Part shown: piece by piece, positions 47,202-57,129 of the stretch
How positions within the stretch are numbered: position 1 is the first letter of the stretch
Layout of the letters: each line of letters begins with the position of its first letter
Assembly: GCA_036679645.1 (NCBI GenBank)
Contig: JAZDCY010000014.1
Span: 32,001-96,000 of the forward strand
Reading direction: 5' to 3'
DNA length: 64,000 nucleotides
From: Gemmatimonadota bacterium
GTDB taxonomy: Bacteria; Gemmatimonadota; Gemmatimonadetes; Gemmatimonadales; GWC2-71-9
The notes under the pieces: generated by a model
Told to the model about the DNA's origin: nothing
Seen by the model: only the letters and a program-made list of their open reading frames with translations
Databases searched by the model: none
Translations under genes and position numbers: made by a program

Positions 47202-50039
47202 ATGTGCGGCCGTCGCGCAGTCCTCCCGTTCGTCCTCCTGCTGGGGGGAACCATGCACGGCACGCTTGTCTCGCAGGAGCAAGTGGTAGGTCCTCTGATC
47301 AGGGGACGGGTGACCGACCATGTGTCGGCGCTTCCCATCGCGGGAGCGATTGTGGCACTTGAGGGGAGCGGATTCAGTGCTATGACCGACACGGCTGGCA
47401 ACTACAACTTGATCAACTTGCGACCCGGACCGGCCATCCTGCTCGTTCGGATGATCGGATACGCCCCTGCCAGAGTACCGCTCGTTGTTCCACCGTCCGG
47501 CATTCTCCATCGCAACATCGCGCTGGCACGAAATGCCCTTGAACTCGCCGAGATCATCGTGACCGCTGATCCGGCCGGCCGCGCGCGCGGCGAATTGGGA
47601 ACAGCAAGTGTCATTGAACACGACGCCATCGTGAACCAGACGGCGGCGAGCATCGCTGGTATTCTCGAGCTAGTCCCCGGCATACCGCTCGCGGCTCCGG
47701 GCCTCGAGGAAGTGCAGCAGATCCAGCTCCGCACCGCCCCGGTGTCTAGCGGGGGAATAACGGCCGGCCCCAGTGGCGCCGATATCGCAGCGTTCGGCAC
47801 CACTATCATCCTCGACGGAGTTCCGCTGTCAAACAACGCCAACCTACAGAACACCGGACCGCGAGGTGAACTGCGGCCCCCTAGCTCCTCCGGGGGCGGC
47901 ATCGATCTTCGGCGCATTCCGGCATCAACTATCGAGCGCGTGGAGGTCATTCGGGGTGTGCCCTCCGCCCGCTACGGCGATCTGACTCACGGCGTGATCG
48001 TCGTCGATACGCGCGCGGGGCGAGTGTCGCCGGCAGCTACCGTCCGGTACGATGCGCGGACGACTGAAGCCAGCCTCGTCGGGGGATGGCGTTTGACCCC
48101 TGATCACACTGCCACCGCCCACTTCGACGTGGCCCGTACGAGGAAGAACCCCGGTATCACTGACGCCGATGTCCTACGCCTGACGGGACAACTGGCCCAC
48201 CGGGCGGCATTCGGGTTGCAACAGGACCAGCCCGCGACCCGTGCGCAGTTGGAGTTCGACACACGACTCGATTTCTTCCGGGTGGTCGAGGACAATCCGG
48301 AGCAGCCAGACGTTCTCCCTGGTTTCGCGACGCGCGCGAGCGACTTTGGCTTTCGGCTGTCCGAACGTGCCCGATTCCATCCGTCCCCGAACTCTGCCTT
48401 CGTGCTAACGCTGGCAATGGACCACACTCGACAGCGGTCATTTGTCCAGTCGTTCCGCCTCCGAGGAGCGCTCCCGTTCACTGATCGCCTCGAGGAAGGT
48501 CTGGCGATTGGCCGCTACGTGGGGGGCGAGTACTTGTCGCGCGTCGATCTCGAGGGAGATCCGTGGCTTGTTTATGGGCGTGGTGAGTGGGTGGGCGCGC
48601 CACGCGGTCTGGGAGGCCTGGACCATCTGTTGCGCGCGGGGTTCGAATTGCGGCGGGAGTGGAACGAGGGTGCAGGCTACCAATTCGACATCGAGTTCCC
48701 CCCCCAAGTTCGGTTCAACGGAGTACAGGGCTTTGACCGGCCAAGGCGATTCGACGCGGTGCCGCCTCTCGCGACCAGCGCCCTGTACCTGACGGACAGG
48801 ATCTCCGGGCAGCCGCTTCTTGGCATGCCCCTCCAAGTTCAGGTCGGTGCTCGCGTGGATGTTCTCCACCGTGGGACGACCTGGATCTCGGGGTACCGTG
48901 ATCTCGTCTGGCAGCCGCGCATGAACGTAGAGCTGGGGCCTCGTTGGTGGCTCCGCATCCGGGCGGGCGTCGGGAAAACGGCGAAATACCCGTCGCTTGG
49001 AAGCCTCTTCCCTCCCCCCCAATACTTCGACGTCGTCAACGTGAACTGGTTCGTGACCGATCCCGCCGAGCGTCTTGCTGTCTTGACCACGTCCATCAGC
49101 GATCCAACCAATCCAGATCTCGGACTCTCCGCCACCTGGAAGCGCGAGGTGGGCGCCGAAATGTCGCTCGGCCGGCGGGGCGGTTCTATCGCAGTCGTCC
49201 TCTTCGACGACCGAACAACAGGGGCAGTGGGGTTTCGCTCAGTCACTGGTTTCCTCACACGTGCTCGCTACGCCCTGTCCGATTCCTCCGAAGGCACCGG
49301 CGTACCCCCAACCATCATCCAACCACCGGCGTACACGGACACGGTTCCCATTCTGATCGACGAACCCACCAACAACTTGACGGTATCCAGTAAGGGCTGG
49401 GAGGTGTCCGCCAGCCTCCCGGAGATTCCCAAAACCCAAACCCGGCTTGACATCCAGGCGGCATTCATCGAGACAAGGGTCTCCCGCACGGATGTGGTTT
49501 TTGGATCCGGCACTCGGTTCTCCGAGTTTCAACTGAACGGCGCAGTTCCGCGAGCCCCATACTGGGAGGGCGCGACCGGTACCGGTCAGCGACTGACGGC
49601 CACGTTCCGCCTGGTTCACCACCAACCGCTCCTCGGCTTGGTCATCACCGGCACTATGCAGTTCATCCTGCGCGAGTCGAGACGCGACATAGGGGGAACC
49701 GATACGTTGTCTTTTGCCGGCTACGTCACGCGTGCCGGTGAGTTGGTTCCCGTCCCGACGAGTGACCGAACAGCACCCCAGTTCGCAGATCTTCGCCAAC
49801 CCCGTGGCGGCCTGCTGATCGAGCCGCGAGGCACGCCTGATGACTGGCTACTCAGTCTTCAGGTATCCAAAACGCTTCCACTGGGAGGTCGGTTTTCATT
49901 CTACGCGTTTAACGCTCTTGACCGCGAGGGCAGGTTTGCGCGTGCAGGGACCACACCGCGACCGTTTCCCAGGATGCGCTTCGGCCTCGACATCGCCATG
50001 CCGTTGCGCTCGGTTCTCGGTGCCTGGATGGATCCGTGA
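47202..50039 (+). CDS. TonB-dependent receptor with N-terminal carboxypeptidase-regulatory-like domain
   Basis: IRGRVTD...IGY; LELVPG; LDGVPLSNNANLQ; DLRRIPASTIERVEVIRGVPSARYGDLT plug motif. Confidence 0.9.
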   Translation: MCGRRAVLPFVLLLGGTMHGTLVSQEQVVGPLIRGRVTDHVSALPIAGAIVALEGSGFSAMTDTAGNYNLINLRPGPAILLVRMIGYAPARVPLVVPPSGILHRNIALARNALELAEIIVTADPAGRARGELGTASVIEHDAIVNQTAASIAGILELVPGIPLAAPGLEEVQQIQLRTAPVSSGGITAGPSGADIAAFGTTIILDGVPLSNNANLQNTGPRGELRPPSSSGGGIDLRRIPASTIERVEVIRGVPSARYGDLTHGVIVVDTRAGRVSPAATVRYDARTTEASLVGGWRLTPDHTATAHFDVARTRKNPGITDADVLRLTGQLAHRAAFGLQQDQPATRAQLEFDTRLDFFRVVEDNPEQPDVLPGFATRASDFGFRLSERARFHPSPNSAFVLTLAMDHTRQRSFVQSFRLRGALPFTDRLEEGLAIGRYVGGEYLSRVDLEGDPWLVYGRGEWVGAPRGLGGLDHLLRAGFELRREWNEGAGYQFDIEFPPQVRFNGVQGFDRPRRFDAVPPLATSALYLTDRISGQPLLGMPLQVQVGARVDVLHRGTTWISGYRDLVWQPRMNVELGPRWWLRIRAGVGKTAKYPSLGSLFPPPQYFDVVNVNWFVTDPAERLAVLTTSISDPTNPDLGLSATWKREVGAEMSLGRRGGSIAVVLFDDRTTGAVGFRSVTGFLTRARYALSDSSEGTGVPPTIIQPPAYTDTVPILIDEPTNNLTVSSKGWEVSASLPEIPKTQTRLDIQAAFIETRVSRTDVVFGSGTRFSEFQLNGAVPRAPYWEGATGTGQRLTATFRLVHHQPLLGLVITGTMQFILRESRRDIGGTDTLSFAGYVTRAGELVPVPTSDRTAPQFADLRQPRGGLLIEPRGTPDDWLLSLQVSKTLPLGGRFSFYAFNALDREGRFARAGTTPRPFPRMRFGLDIAMPLRSVLGAWMDP

Positions 50040-51601
50040 CGCGCTTCGTCACCGTCGTCTTGTGGCTAGCCACAATGCAGTCGCTGCAGGCTCAAGAGTG
50101 GACTGACGTCTGGAGCCCCTTCCGCCCGCTCTCGGACGTACCGCGGCATGGACCTCAACCGCCACACATAGCGGTGCCGCTGCTTTTTGGACCCGCCCGG
50201 GTAGGGGAACTGTGGACCGCCGGCAACCCCGCCGGGGCCGCCTGGGACGTACGTGACGCACACACGTCATTTCTCTTGAGCTATGGTCGGGAGGATGGCG
50301 CGTTCCGGCGGCCCCTCGATCCAGAGGCGGTCAACAATCCTCGCCTGGCGGCGGTCGCTTGGAGGCCGGTGCGGAGCAACATCGCCGCCGTCGGTCGCCT
50401 CACCCTAGAGCAGCAACGGCACCGGCCCGGATCCAATGCGGCGGTGGCGTTTCCGTACGGGACGAGCCCACTCGTGCCCACCGACAGCTCATCGCCGCCT
50501 ACAACCCTGACCAGAGCCCGTCTGGAGGGGCTCGTTGCGTGGCGGTTCGACCAGTGGAGCTTCGGCCTCTCGTTGGGATACGAATCCTGGGACAACCGCA
50601 CCCGGGAAACACCAGTCCCGCGCATCGGTCGTCGCGTCGCACCGGCCGGCGCCTTCGGAATCGTTCGTGCAATAGGCAGGCTGTTTCTCCTGGGCCTGCA
50701 TGTGCGCGGACGACGTACCGTGGAAACCGTGACGATCAACCCGCTGGCCGGCACCAGTACCGTCCACGAACTTGATGGCTTCAGCGACCCCGAACCAATT
50801 CCCGTCATTGCCCTTCGATACCGCCGTCGGATCACCACGGATGAAAGGGCAGCAGGGACCTCCGCGACCGGTTCGTTGGGGCTAGTCCACTGGACAGCCT
50901 ACGGGCGCAAGGAGTGGCGAGACCAGTGGCACAGCAGCCTGGAGCAGGAGAATCCTCCCGTGGACGCTTGGCGCGCGTCAGGTATCACGCTCGGTGGCGC
51001 ACTCCAGTACGTAGCTTCCAATCGAATCCCGATGATCACTGTGCACGCGTCTCGAACCTCCATCAGCGGTCACGCTGAGCGCGCCGACCTTGACGGTACG
51101 ATCTTCCGCGCGAGCGAGCGCGTGACACGCGCCGGAATCGAACTCCGCTCGGATGACACCACCGCGACCTGGGCTGGTGCCATCGGGCTCACCATTACGC
51201 ACGAGTCCCGGTTCCGGGAGGATTTCCTGGTACAACACATCGCCGATCTAAGTGAATGGACGCCGGGTGCGACCGTCGAGATAGTGCATCGCTTCGAGAC
51301 CGGGACCAGCATGGCGGTCGCAGGCTCACTCGGGTGGCACTCGGCCGTTTCTCGCATTCCGGACCCTGCCACGCTGGGCCCAATCTATCAGCAGCTCATT
51401 GCGCCCGAACTGGCGCTCTATGCGCAACGTGCCTATCCGTGGCTGGTGCGGATATCCGTGCGTCAGCGTCTGAGTACGCACACGTCACTTCTGGTCTCGG
51501 CGTCCCATCGCGTTCTTCGGCCGGCGTCTACTTCGGCAGTCCCGGCAGCCCCTGGCGGCTTGCGCAGATCATGGCATTTCCTCGCTGGACTCGTGCTCTA
51601 G
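50036..51601 (+). CDS. outer-membrane beta-barrel (DUF6850-like)
   Basis: Signal peptide; NPAG; GAFRRPLDP; amphipathic strands; ATGA-type overlap with the receptor gene. Confidence 0.6.
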   Translation: MTRFVTVVLWLATMQSLQAQEWTDVWSPFRPLSDVPRHGPQPPHIAVPLLFGPARVGELWTAGNPAGAAWDVRDAHTSFLLSYGREDGAFRRPLDPEAVNNPRLAAVAWRPVRSNIAAVGRLTLEQQRHRPGSNAAVAFPYGTSPLVPTDSSSPPTTLTRARLEGLVAWRFDQWSFGLSLGYESWDNRTRETPVPRIGRRVAPAGAFGIVRAIGRLFLLGLHVRGRRTVETVTINPLAGTSTVHELDGFSDPEPIPVIALRYRRRITTDERAAGTSATGSLGLVHWTAYGRKEWRDQWHSSLEQENPPVDAWRASGITLGGALQYVASNRIPMITVHASRTSISGHAERADLDGTIFRASERVTRAGIELRSDDTTATWAGAIGLTITHESRFREDFLVQHIADLSEWTPGATVEIVHRFETGTSMAVAGSLGWHSAVSRIPDPATLGPIYQQLIAPELALYAQRAYPWLVRISVRQRLSTHTSLLVSASHRVLRPASTSAVPAAPGGLRRSWHFLAGLVL

Positions 51602-51792
51602 GGTAACTCCCATGCGGGTATCGTCGTGCCGCCCCGCGACTTCCGTCCGCGAAGCGCGGGGCTGGACGTAACCGCGGATCGTGGCCATGACCGGGTTCTA
51701 CGCGTTCGACCTCAACGGCAACCGGCTCTGGGACGTGCATATGGGCGCCGGGGAAGAGCCGTGGTTTGCGGGGCCGCCCAGGCGCTCCGGGG

Positions 51793-53496
51793 TTACCCGA
51801 TAGCTGCACCTGGGCGCCAGCCGCGCGACTGGAGTGCCTGCACCTTGTGAATCACCGCGTCGCGCGCGGCGTGTATTGGGAGCACGATCAAGTCACCCTC
51901 CCGGGCCCACGCCAGCGCCTCGCGCAGGGCCCCCAACTCGTCGTCAACCCGTGCCACGCTTTCCTCGGCGACACCGAGTTTGTCCAGCTCGTCCGCGATG
52001 ATTGCCGCCACCTCCCCTTCCGGTCTGCCACGCAGGTAGGTCCGCATCTCCTTGATGATCACGCGATGGGGTGCGAACGTGATCGCCGCGCGCACGAGAT
52101 CACGAATGTCGTCGTCGCTCCGGTCGCCTGCCTGGCCGATTACCACGAGCCGACGTTTGGCGGGCATCGCTTGGACCATCTCGCCTACCGCTCGCATACC
52201 GTGCGGGTTGTGCGCGAAATCCAGAAAGACCCGCACTCCACCCAGATCGAACAGATGCCCTCGGCCGGGGTTCGCGTCCGGTGTACTCGCGAAGTGGTGG
52301 ATCGCCGCGCGAATGGCCGCTGATGACACACCAATGGCGCGCGCGACGGGAATGGCACCGAGAATGTTGGAGGTATTGAATTGCGCCGCACCACCGAAGG
52401 TGATCGGCGCATCGGCAACCGCACCGTAGTCTTCGGTAACCCCGCAGGTACGAAACGCAAAACGCCCATCCGCCACGAACGCGGCGTCGTCATCCGGCAT
52501 CGTATCGGTCATGCCGAACCACACGTGTGCGGCGACCTCGACATCACGAGCGCGGCGCATGACCACCGGATCGTCCGCGTTCGCCACGAGTACCCCACTC
52601 GCCCGCACGGCATGTGCGATCACGAGCTTCGCCCGGGCGATATCGTCGACGGTGGTCACGCCAAACTCACCCAGATGATCCGAGGCGACGTTGGTGAGCA
52701 GCGCGGCGTCCGCACGTTCCACCATCAAGCCTCGGCGGAGCAGCCCGCCACGGGCGGTTTCCAGCACGGCGACCTCCACGCGTCGGTCGCGCAAGATTGC
52801 GCGCGCCCCTCCCGGACCGGACCAGTCACCGGCATCGATCCGATCTCGACCGACGTAGAGCCCATCCGTATTGCTGCAACCCGCGACCTGGCCGTCTTGC
52901 GCGATCATCGCCGCAAGCAACCGTACGGTCGTGGTCTTCCCGTTGGAGCCCGTGACGAGCGCCACCCGCACGTCGTGAATCCCGTTCCAGTCCACCGCTG
53001 ACGGTGCCGGCAGGACGTGCGTGGGCCACGTCAGTGAGCCCACGCCCATCCCAACCGACACTTGATCGTCATCCCACAAGAACGCCACCCCATGGGCGCG
53101 CGCCGCTTCCCGGAGCGCGAGCATCGCAGGGTTCCGCTCAGCGGCAATGGTCGCCTGCAACCGCGGCGCAACGACCTCGAGCGGCGACGGCGACGCTCCA
53201 CCAAAGTCGGCGCAGGTGGCGGCCCAGGCCCACTCGTTCACCTCTGTCGCCGCGTAAAGCGCGTCGATGGGCACCGTGAGCACGAGACTCGCACCTCCCG
53301 GAAACGTCCGAACGGCTGTGCGCTGGTCCTTCCACCCAACCGCGTCGAGGGCGTCTCTCGCGTGCACCTTCCAGCGCGCGATGACGGCATCTCCGTCGAC
53401 GCCGGCGATATGAACGTCGAGCACCGCGCCAGCGACACTGGTCTGGAGATTGGGACCGGTCAGTCGGCGCGAGTCACGCTGTTCGAGCGTCGGCAC
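51793..53496 (-). CDS. CphA-related Mur-ligase protein lacking the ATP-grasp domain
   Basis: DSRRLTGPNL N-terminus; VTGSNGKTTT, LETARGGLLRRG, NVASDHLG, DFAHNPHG, GQAGDR. Confidence 0.85.
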   Translation of the reverse strand: MPTLEQRDSRRLTGPNLQTSVAGAVLDVHIAGVDGDAVIARWKVHARDALDAVGWKDQRTAVRTFPGGASLVLTVPIDALYAATEVNEWAWAATCADFGGASPSPLEVVAPRLQATIAAERNPAMLALREAARAHGVAFLWDDDQVSVGMGVGSLTWPTHVLPAPSAVDWNGIHDVRVALVTGSNGKTTTVRLLAAMIAQDGQVAGCSNTDGLYVGRDRIDAGDWSGPGGARAILRDRRVEVAVLETARGGLLRRGLMVERADAALLTNVASDHLGEFGVTTVDDIARAKLVIAHAVRASGVLVANADDPVVMRRARDVEVAAHVWFGMTDTMPDDDAAFVADGRFAFRTCGVTEDYGAVADAPITFGGAAQFNTSNILGAIPVARAIGVSSAAIRAAIHHFASTPDANPGRGHLFDLGGVRVFLDFAHNPHGMRAVGEMVQAMPAKRRLVVIGQAGDRSDDDIRDLVRAAITFAPHRVIIKEMRTYLRGRPEGEVAAIIADELDKLGVAEESVARVDDELGALREALAWAREGDLIVLPIHAARDAVIHKVQALQSRGWRPGAAIG

Positions 53497-53498
53497 CC

Positions 53499-56285
53499 TC
53501 AGTCTTCGGTATCGCGGGCTAGGCGCACGCCGCGCTCGTCCCGGATGACCTCCTGGCCGGCATCGATATCGATCGTCGGTAGGTCCGGCAGCTCCGGTGC
53601 TGGCCGCTTCGCGACCTCGCACCCGTCGCGCGTCGTTCCATCACTCGTGTAGTTCACCACCTGCTTCCAGGTCCGCCCAATCTGATCGGCGAAGAGCACG
53701 AGCAGATCGTCCGGCCGCGCGGCCTCGAGAGCCGCCGCCACGGCGGCCCGTTCCTCCGGGATGGTCTCGACCGCGTCCGTGGCAACACCATTGTCGATGA
53801 GGGCACGCTGCAGCATGCGGGGTACCTCATCCCCGTCTCGCCCGCGCAGGGCATCGTCGCGCCGGCAGATGTAGTGGTCGAACGCGCCCGCCGCGATCGT
53901 TCCCATTTCGATGATATCCTCGTCCCGCCGGTCGCCGGGAGCGGCTAGCACGCATAGCCGCCGGCCGACCACGTCCAAGCGGCCCACGAGATCGCACATG
54001 ACCTGAATTGCGTGGGGGTTGTGCGCGTAGTCTACGATCACCTTGAACGGCAACTCGTTGTATACGTTGAGCCGGCCCGGTGCCTGAAAGTAAGTGGAGT
54101 CGAAGGTACGGAGCCCGTGTCGGACATCTTCGAGCTTGAGACCAGCGCTGTACGCCATGGCCGCCGCGAACATGGCGTTCTGCACGTTGTGGATGGCTTT
54201 GCCCTCGATCGTCGCCGGGATGAGATGGGTCCACAGCAACGGCAAGTGCGCGCCCTTGTCGTAGAACGTGATCATGTGCCCGCTGATCGCCTGCTCGAGC
54301 ACCACCGCTCGCCCACCCGCCTGGATGTGCTCGCGGACGAGCGCGTGCTGCGGGTTCATCGTTACGTAGCAGACGTGTTCCGCATCGGAATAGTCCGCCA
54401 TCTTGAGACACAACGGGTCGTCGGCATTGAGCACGGCGGTGTTCTTCGCAATCTCGATGACCACCCGCTTCACCTCGGCCAGTTGCTCGAGCGTATCGAT
54501 ACCGCGTAGGCCAAGGTGATCGGCCTGCACGTTGAGACACGCGCTCACGTCGCTGCGGCGGTACCCCATGCCGGCGCGCAGCAGTCCACCCCGTGCCGTC
54601 TCGAGCACCGCGACCTCCACCGACGGGTCACGCAAGACCATACGCGCCGCCACTGGACCGGTCATGTCGCCTTCGACCGTCCGCTGCCCGTCGATGTACA
54701 CGCCGTCCGTCGTGGCCACGCCGACGGTGTGTCCTGCCATCTTGTAGATGTGGGCCAGCATCCGCGTCGTCGTCGTCTTGCCGTTGGTACCGGTGATTGC
54801 GAGGATGGGAATGCGGGCCGGTGTACCGGGCGGGAAGAGCATGTCCATGACCGGTCCTGCGACATCACGGGGTATCCCCTCACTCGGCTGGACGTGCATG
54901 CGGAATCCGGGAGCCGCGTTCACCTCGCAGATTGCACCGCCGATGTCCTTGTAGGACTTGGTAATGTCCGACGTGAGGAAATCCACGCCAGCCACGTCCA
55001 GGCCAATCGCCTGCGCCGCACGGACGGCCATCTCACGGTTATCCGGGTGAAGCACGTCGGTCTGATCGACCGCGGTCCCACCGGTTGATAAGTTGCCCGT
55101 CGATCGGAGGTAGACCACTTCGCCTTTGGGCAGCACGGTCTCGGACGTGTACCCCAGCAATCCGAGCAGCCGGTTAGCCTGGTAATCGAATTCGATCCGC
55201 GTCAACACCTTCTCGTGTCCGATCCCGCGTCGCGGATCGGCATTCACCTCGTCGACCAACTCCGCGATCGTGTGTACCCCATCCCCAACGACGTGCCCGG
55301 GGACACGTTTCGCCACGGCGACGAGATCACCGTTCACGACCAGCATTCTATGATCGAAGCCCGCAATGTACGACTCGATCAAGACACCGCGTGAATGCTC
55401 CCGCGCCTGGGAAAACGCCGCACGCACGTGGTCGCGGTCACCAATGTTGATCGAAACACCGCGACCGTGGTTCGCGTTCAACGGTTTGACCACTACCGGA
55501 TAGCCCATGCGTTCCGCTGCCCGCAGTGCGTCCTCTTCGGAGTAGACGAGTCGCTGCTTGGGAACGGGAAGACCAAGATCGCCGAGGATACGATTGGTCT
55601 CGTCCTTGTCGGACGAGATCTCGACCGCGATATGCGGTGTTCTACTGGTGACGGTGGCTTGGATGCGCTGCTGATAGCGACCGTGTCCGAATTGGACGAG
55701 GCTGTACTGGTTCAGCCGCAGCATGGGGATGTCGCGTTCGCGCGCCGCGCGGACGAGTGCCGCCGTTGAGGGTCCCAGGGCATGGCGCTGCGTATACCGG
55801 ATGAACGCATCGCGCTCAGTCGCGAAATCATAGTCATCGGCGACGGCACCCGCGGGCTGCAGTTCCCGCGGGAGAAGCGAATGGAGGAGATTCAGTCCCA
55901 CGCGACCGGCCTCGAGACCGACCCGTGCCTCCTCGTACTCGTACACGACGTTGTACCGTCCCGGCGCACCGGTCGTCCGCGTCCGACCAAAGGTGACTTG
56001 CTCACCGGCGGCATTCTGCAACTCGAGCGCCGTGTGTTCCAGCACGTGCCCGAGCCACGTACCTTCATCCTCCCGCAACCGCCGTACGAACCCACCGGGC
56101 TCACCGTACGAGCACCCGTGTTCGCCGAGACCCGGGAGCGCCTCCAACAACCCATCGATGAACGCGTTGCCCAGGCGCACGCTGGGCCACTCCTCGAGCG
56201 TGCCCAGGTCGAGCACGAACCGAATCACGGGGAAGTGCGCGTAGAGATTCGGGCCCAGGTAGACGGAGCGTTCGACGATGTCCAT
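53499..56285 (-). CDS. cphA: cyanophycin synthetase
   Basis: GPNLY, HGCS, GTWLGHVLEH, LGPST, KPLNANHGRG, NLSTGG, EVNAAPGFRMH, TGTNGKTT, DYAHN. Confidence 0.97.
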   Translation of the reverse strand: MDIVERSVYLGPNLYAHFPVIRFVLDLGTLEEWPSVRLGNAFIDGLLEALPGLGEHGCSYGEPGGFVRRLREDEGTWLGHVLEHTALELQNAAGEQVTFGRTRTTGAPGRYNVVYEYEEARVGLEAGRVGLNLLHSLLPRELQPAGAVADDYDFATERDAFIRYTQRHALGPSTAALVRAARERDIPMLRLNQYSLVQFGHGRYQQRIQATVTSRTPHIAVEISSDKDETNRILGDLGLPVPKQRLVYSEEDALRAAERMGYPVVVKPLNANHGRGVSINIGDRDHVRAAFSQAREHSRGVLIESYIAGFDHRMLVVNGDLVAVAKRVPGHVVGDGVHTIAELVDEVNADPRRGIGHEKVLTRIEFDYQANRLLGLLGYTSETVLPKGEVVYLRSTGNLSTGGTAVDQTDVLHPDNREMAVRAAQAIGLDVAGVDFLTSDITKSYKDIGGAICEVNAAPGFRMHVQPSEGIPRDVAGPVMDMLFPPGTPARIPILAITGTNGKTTTTRMLAHIYKMAGHTVGVATTDGVYIDGQRTVEGDMTGPVAARMVLRDPSVEVAVLETARGGLLRAGMGYRRSDVSACLNVQADHLGLRGIDTLEQLAEVKRVVIEIAKNTAVLNADDPLCLKMADYSDAEHVCYVTMNPQHALVREHIQAGGRAVVLEQAISGHMITFYDKGAHLPLLWTHLIPATIEGKAIHNVQNAMFAAAMAYSAGLKLEDVRHGLRTFDSTYFQAPGRLNVYNELPFKVIVDYAHNPHAIQVMCDLVGRLDVVGRRLCVLAAPGDRRDEDIIEMGTIAAGAFDHYICRRDDALRGRDGDEVPRMLQRALIDNGVATDAVETIPEERAAVAAALEAARPDDLLVLFADQIGRTWKQVVNYTSDGTTRDGCEVAKRPAPELPDLPTIDIDAGQEVIRDERGVRLARDTED

Positions 56286-56289
56286 GGGA

Positions 56290-57129
56290 TTAGTGCTGGG
56301 CTACGTCTGCCGGTTCCGCGGCCGTCCGCGTGGCAATGTCGAACGTCCAACCGGCCACGAGCACGTGAATCTTCAGGCCGACCAGACACACTGGGTCGTC
56401 CTGCCGCGCGGAATCCATTGAGGAGAACTCGAGTTCATGTCCGTCAGCAATCGTGAGCCCGCCCGTTCCCACCACTTCGAGACGATCGTCGGGATCGATG
56501 AATGCAGCGGTATCCTCGTCCAGCCCAACCCCGATCACGAACGGGTTGTACCCAATGGCCGTCAGCAACCGGCCCAATCGCTCCCGCTGACGAAAATGAT
56601 GATCGACCACTACCCGATTCGTGAGCCCCAACCCGGGCGCCAGCGTCACGCTGTTGGCGCGGGGCGAGAACCCTTCGTCCCCAAAGGCAATCATGTGCTC
56701 CGACAAGAAACCCGCGCCCGCCGACGTTCCGGCAACAGGCACACCCGATGCATTCAACCGACGGATCGTCCGCGCTACAGCCGTGCCTCCCATGGTGGTC
56801 GAGAGACGCAACTGGTTCCCGCCGGTGAGAAAAACACCCGTTGAGTTTTCGAAGTCCGCCAAGAGATCCTCTCGCTCGCAGTCGCCACGGGACATGAACG
56901 GATACGCTCGCGCCTCGCCCACACCCAGCTCGCCAAACACCTTCTCGTAGCGCCGCCCCGTCTCCGTCAGCTCGGACGCTGTCGGCACGATCGCGATCCG
57001 CGCGTCGTTGCCACCACACAGTTGCACAAACCGCCGGAGAATGTCCGGGTTCCGCATCTTCTTCTCGGCACCCCCAATGGGAATGATGTACCCGCGCGTG
57101 CGCCCTTCCGGGACCTGCGATGGGCTCAT
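56290..57129 (-). CDS. cphB: cyanophycinase
   Basis: IIPIGGAE, PTAS, FLTGGNQLRL, GTSAGA, DHHFRQRERLGRL, GLDEDT. Confidence 0.95.
   Translation of the reverse strand: MSPSQVPEGRTRGYIIPIGGAEKKMRNPDILRRFVQLCGGNDARIAIVPTASELTETGRRYEKVFGELGVGEARAYPFMSRGDCEREDLLADFENSTGVFLTGGNQLRLSTTMGGTAVARTIRRLNASGVPVAGTSAGAGFLSEHMIAFGDEGFSPRANSVTLAPGLGLTNRVVVDHHFRQRERLGRLLTAIGYNPFVIGVGLDEDTAAFIDPDDRLEVVGTGGLTIADGHELEFSSMDSARQDDPVCLVGLKIHVLVAGWTFDIATRTAAEPADVAQH

Larger units (their letters stand above)
44540..51792. mobile_element. putative integrated islet (no integrase visible)
   Basis: Bounded by the 70-bp direct repeat; five co-oriented envelope genes. Confidence 0.55.

Noticed and set aside
44470..51862. 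70-bp repeat pair as DGR template/variable repeat (an Avd-like gene is in the window)
   Set aside because: Mismatches are not adenine-specific (4 of 14 at coding-strand A in the detached copy) and are mostly synonymous; no reverse transcriptase present
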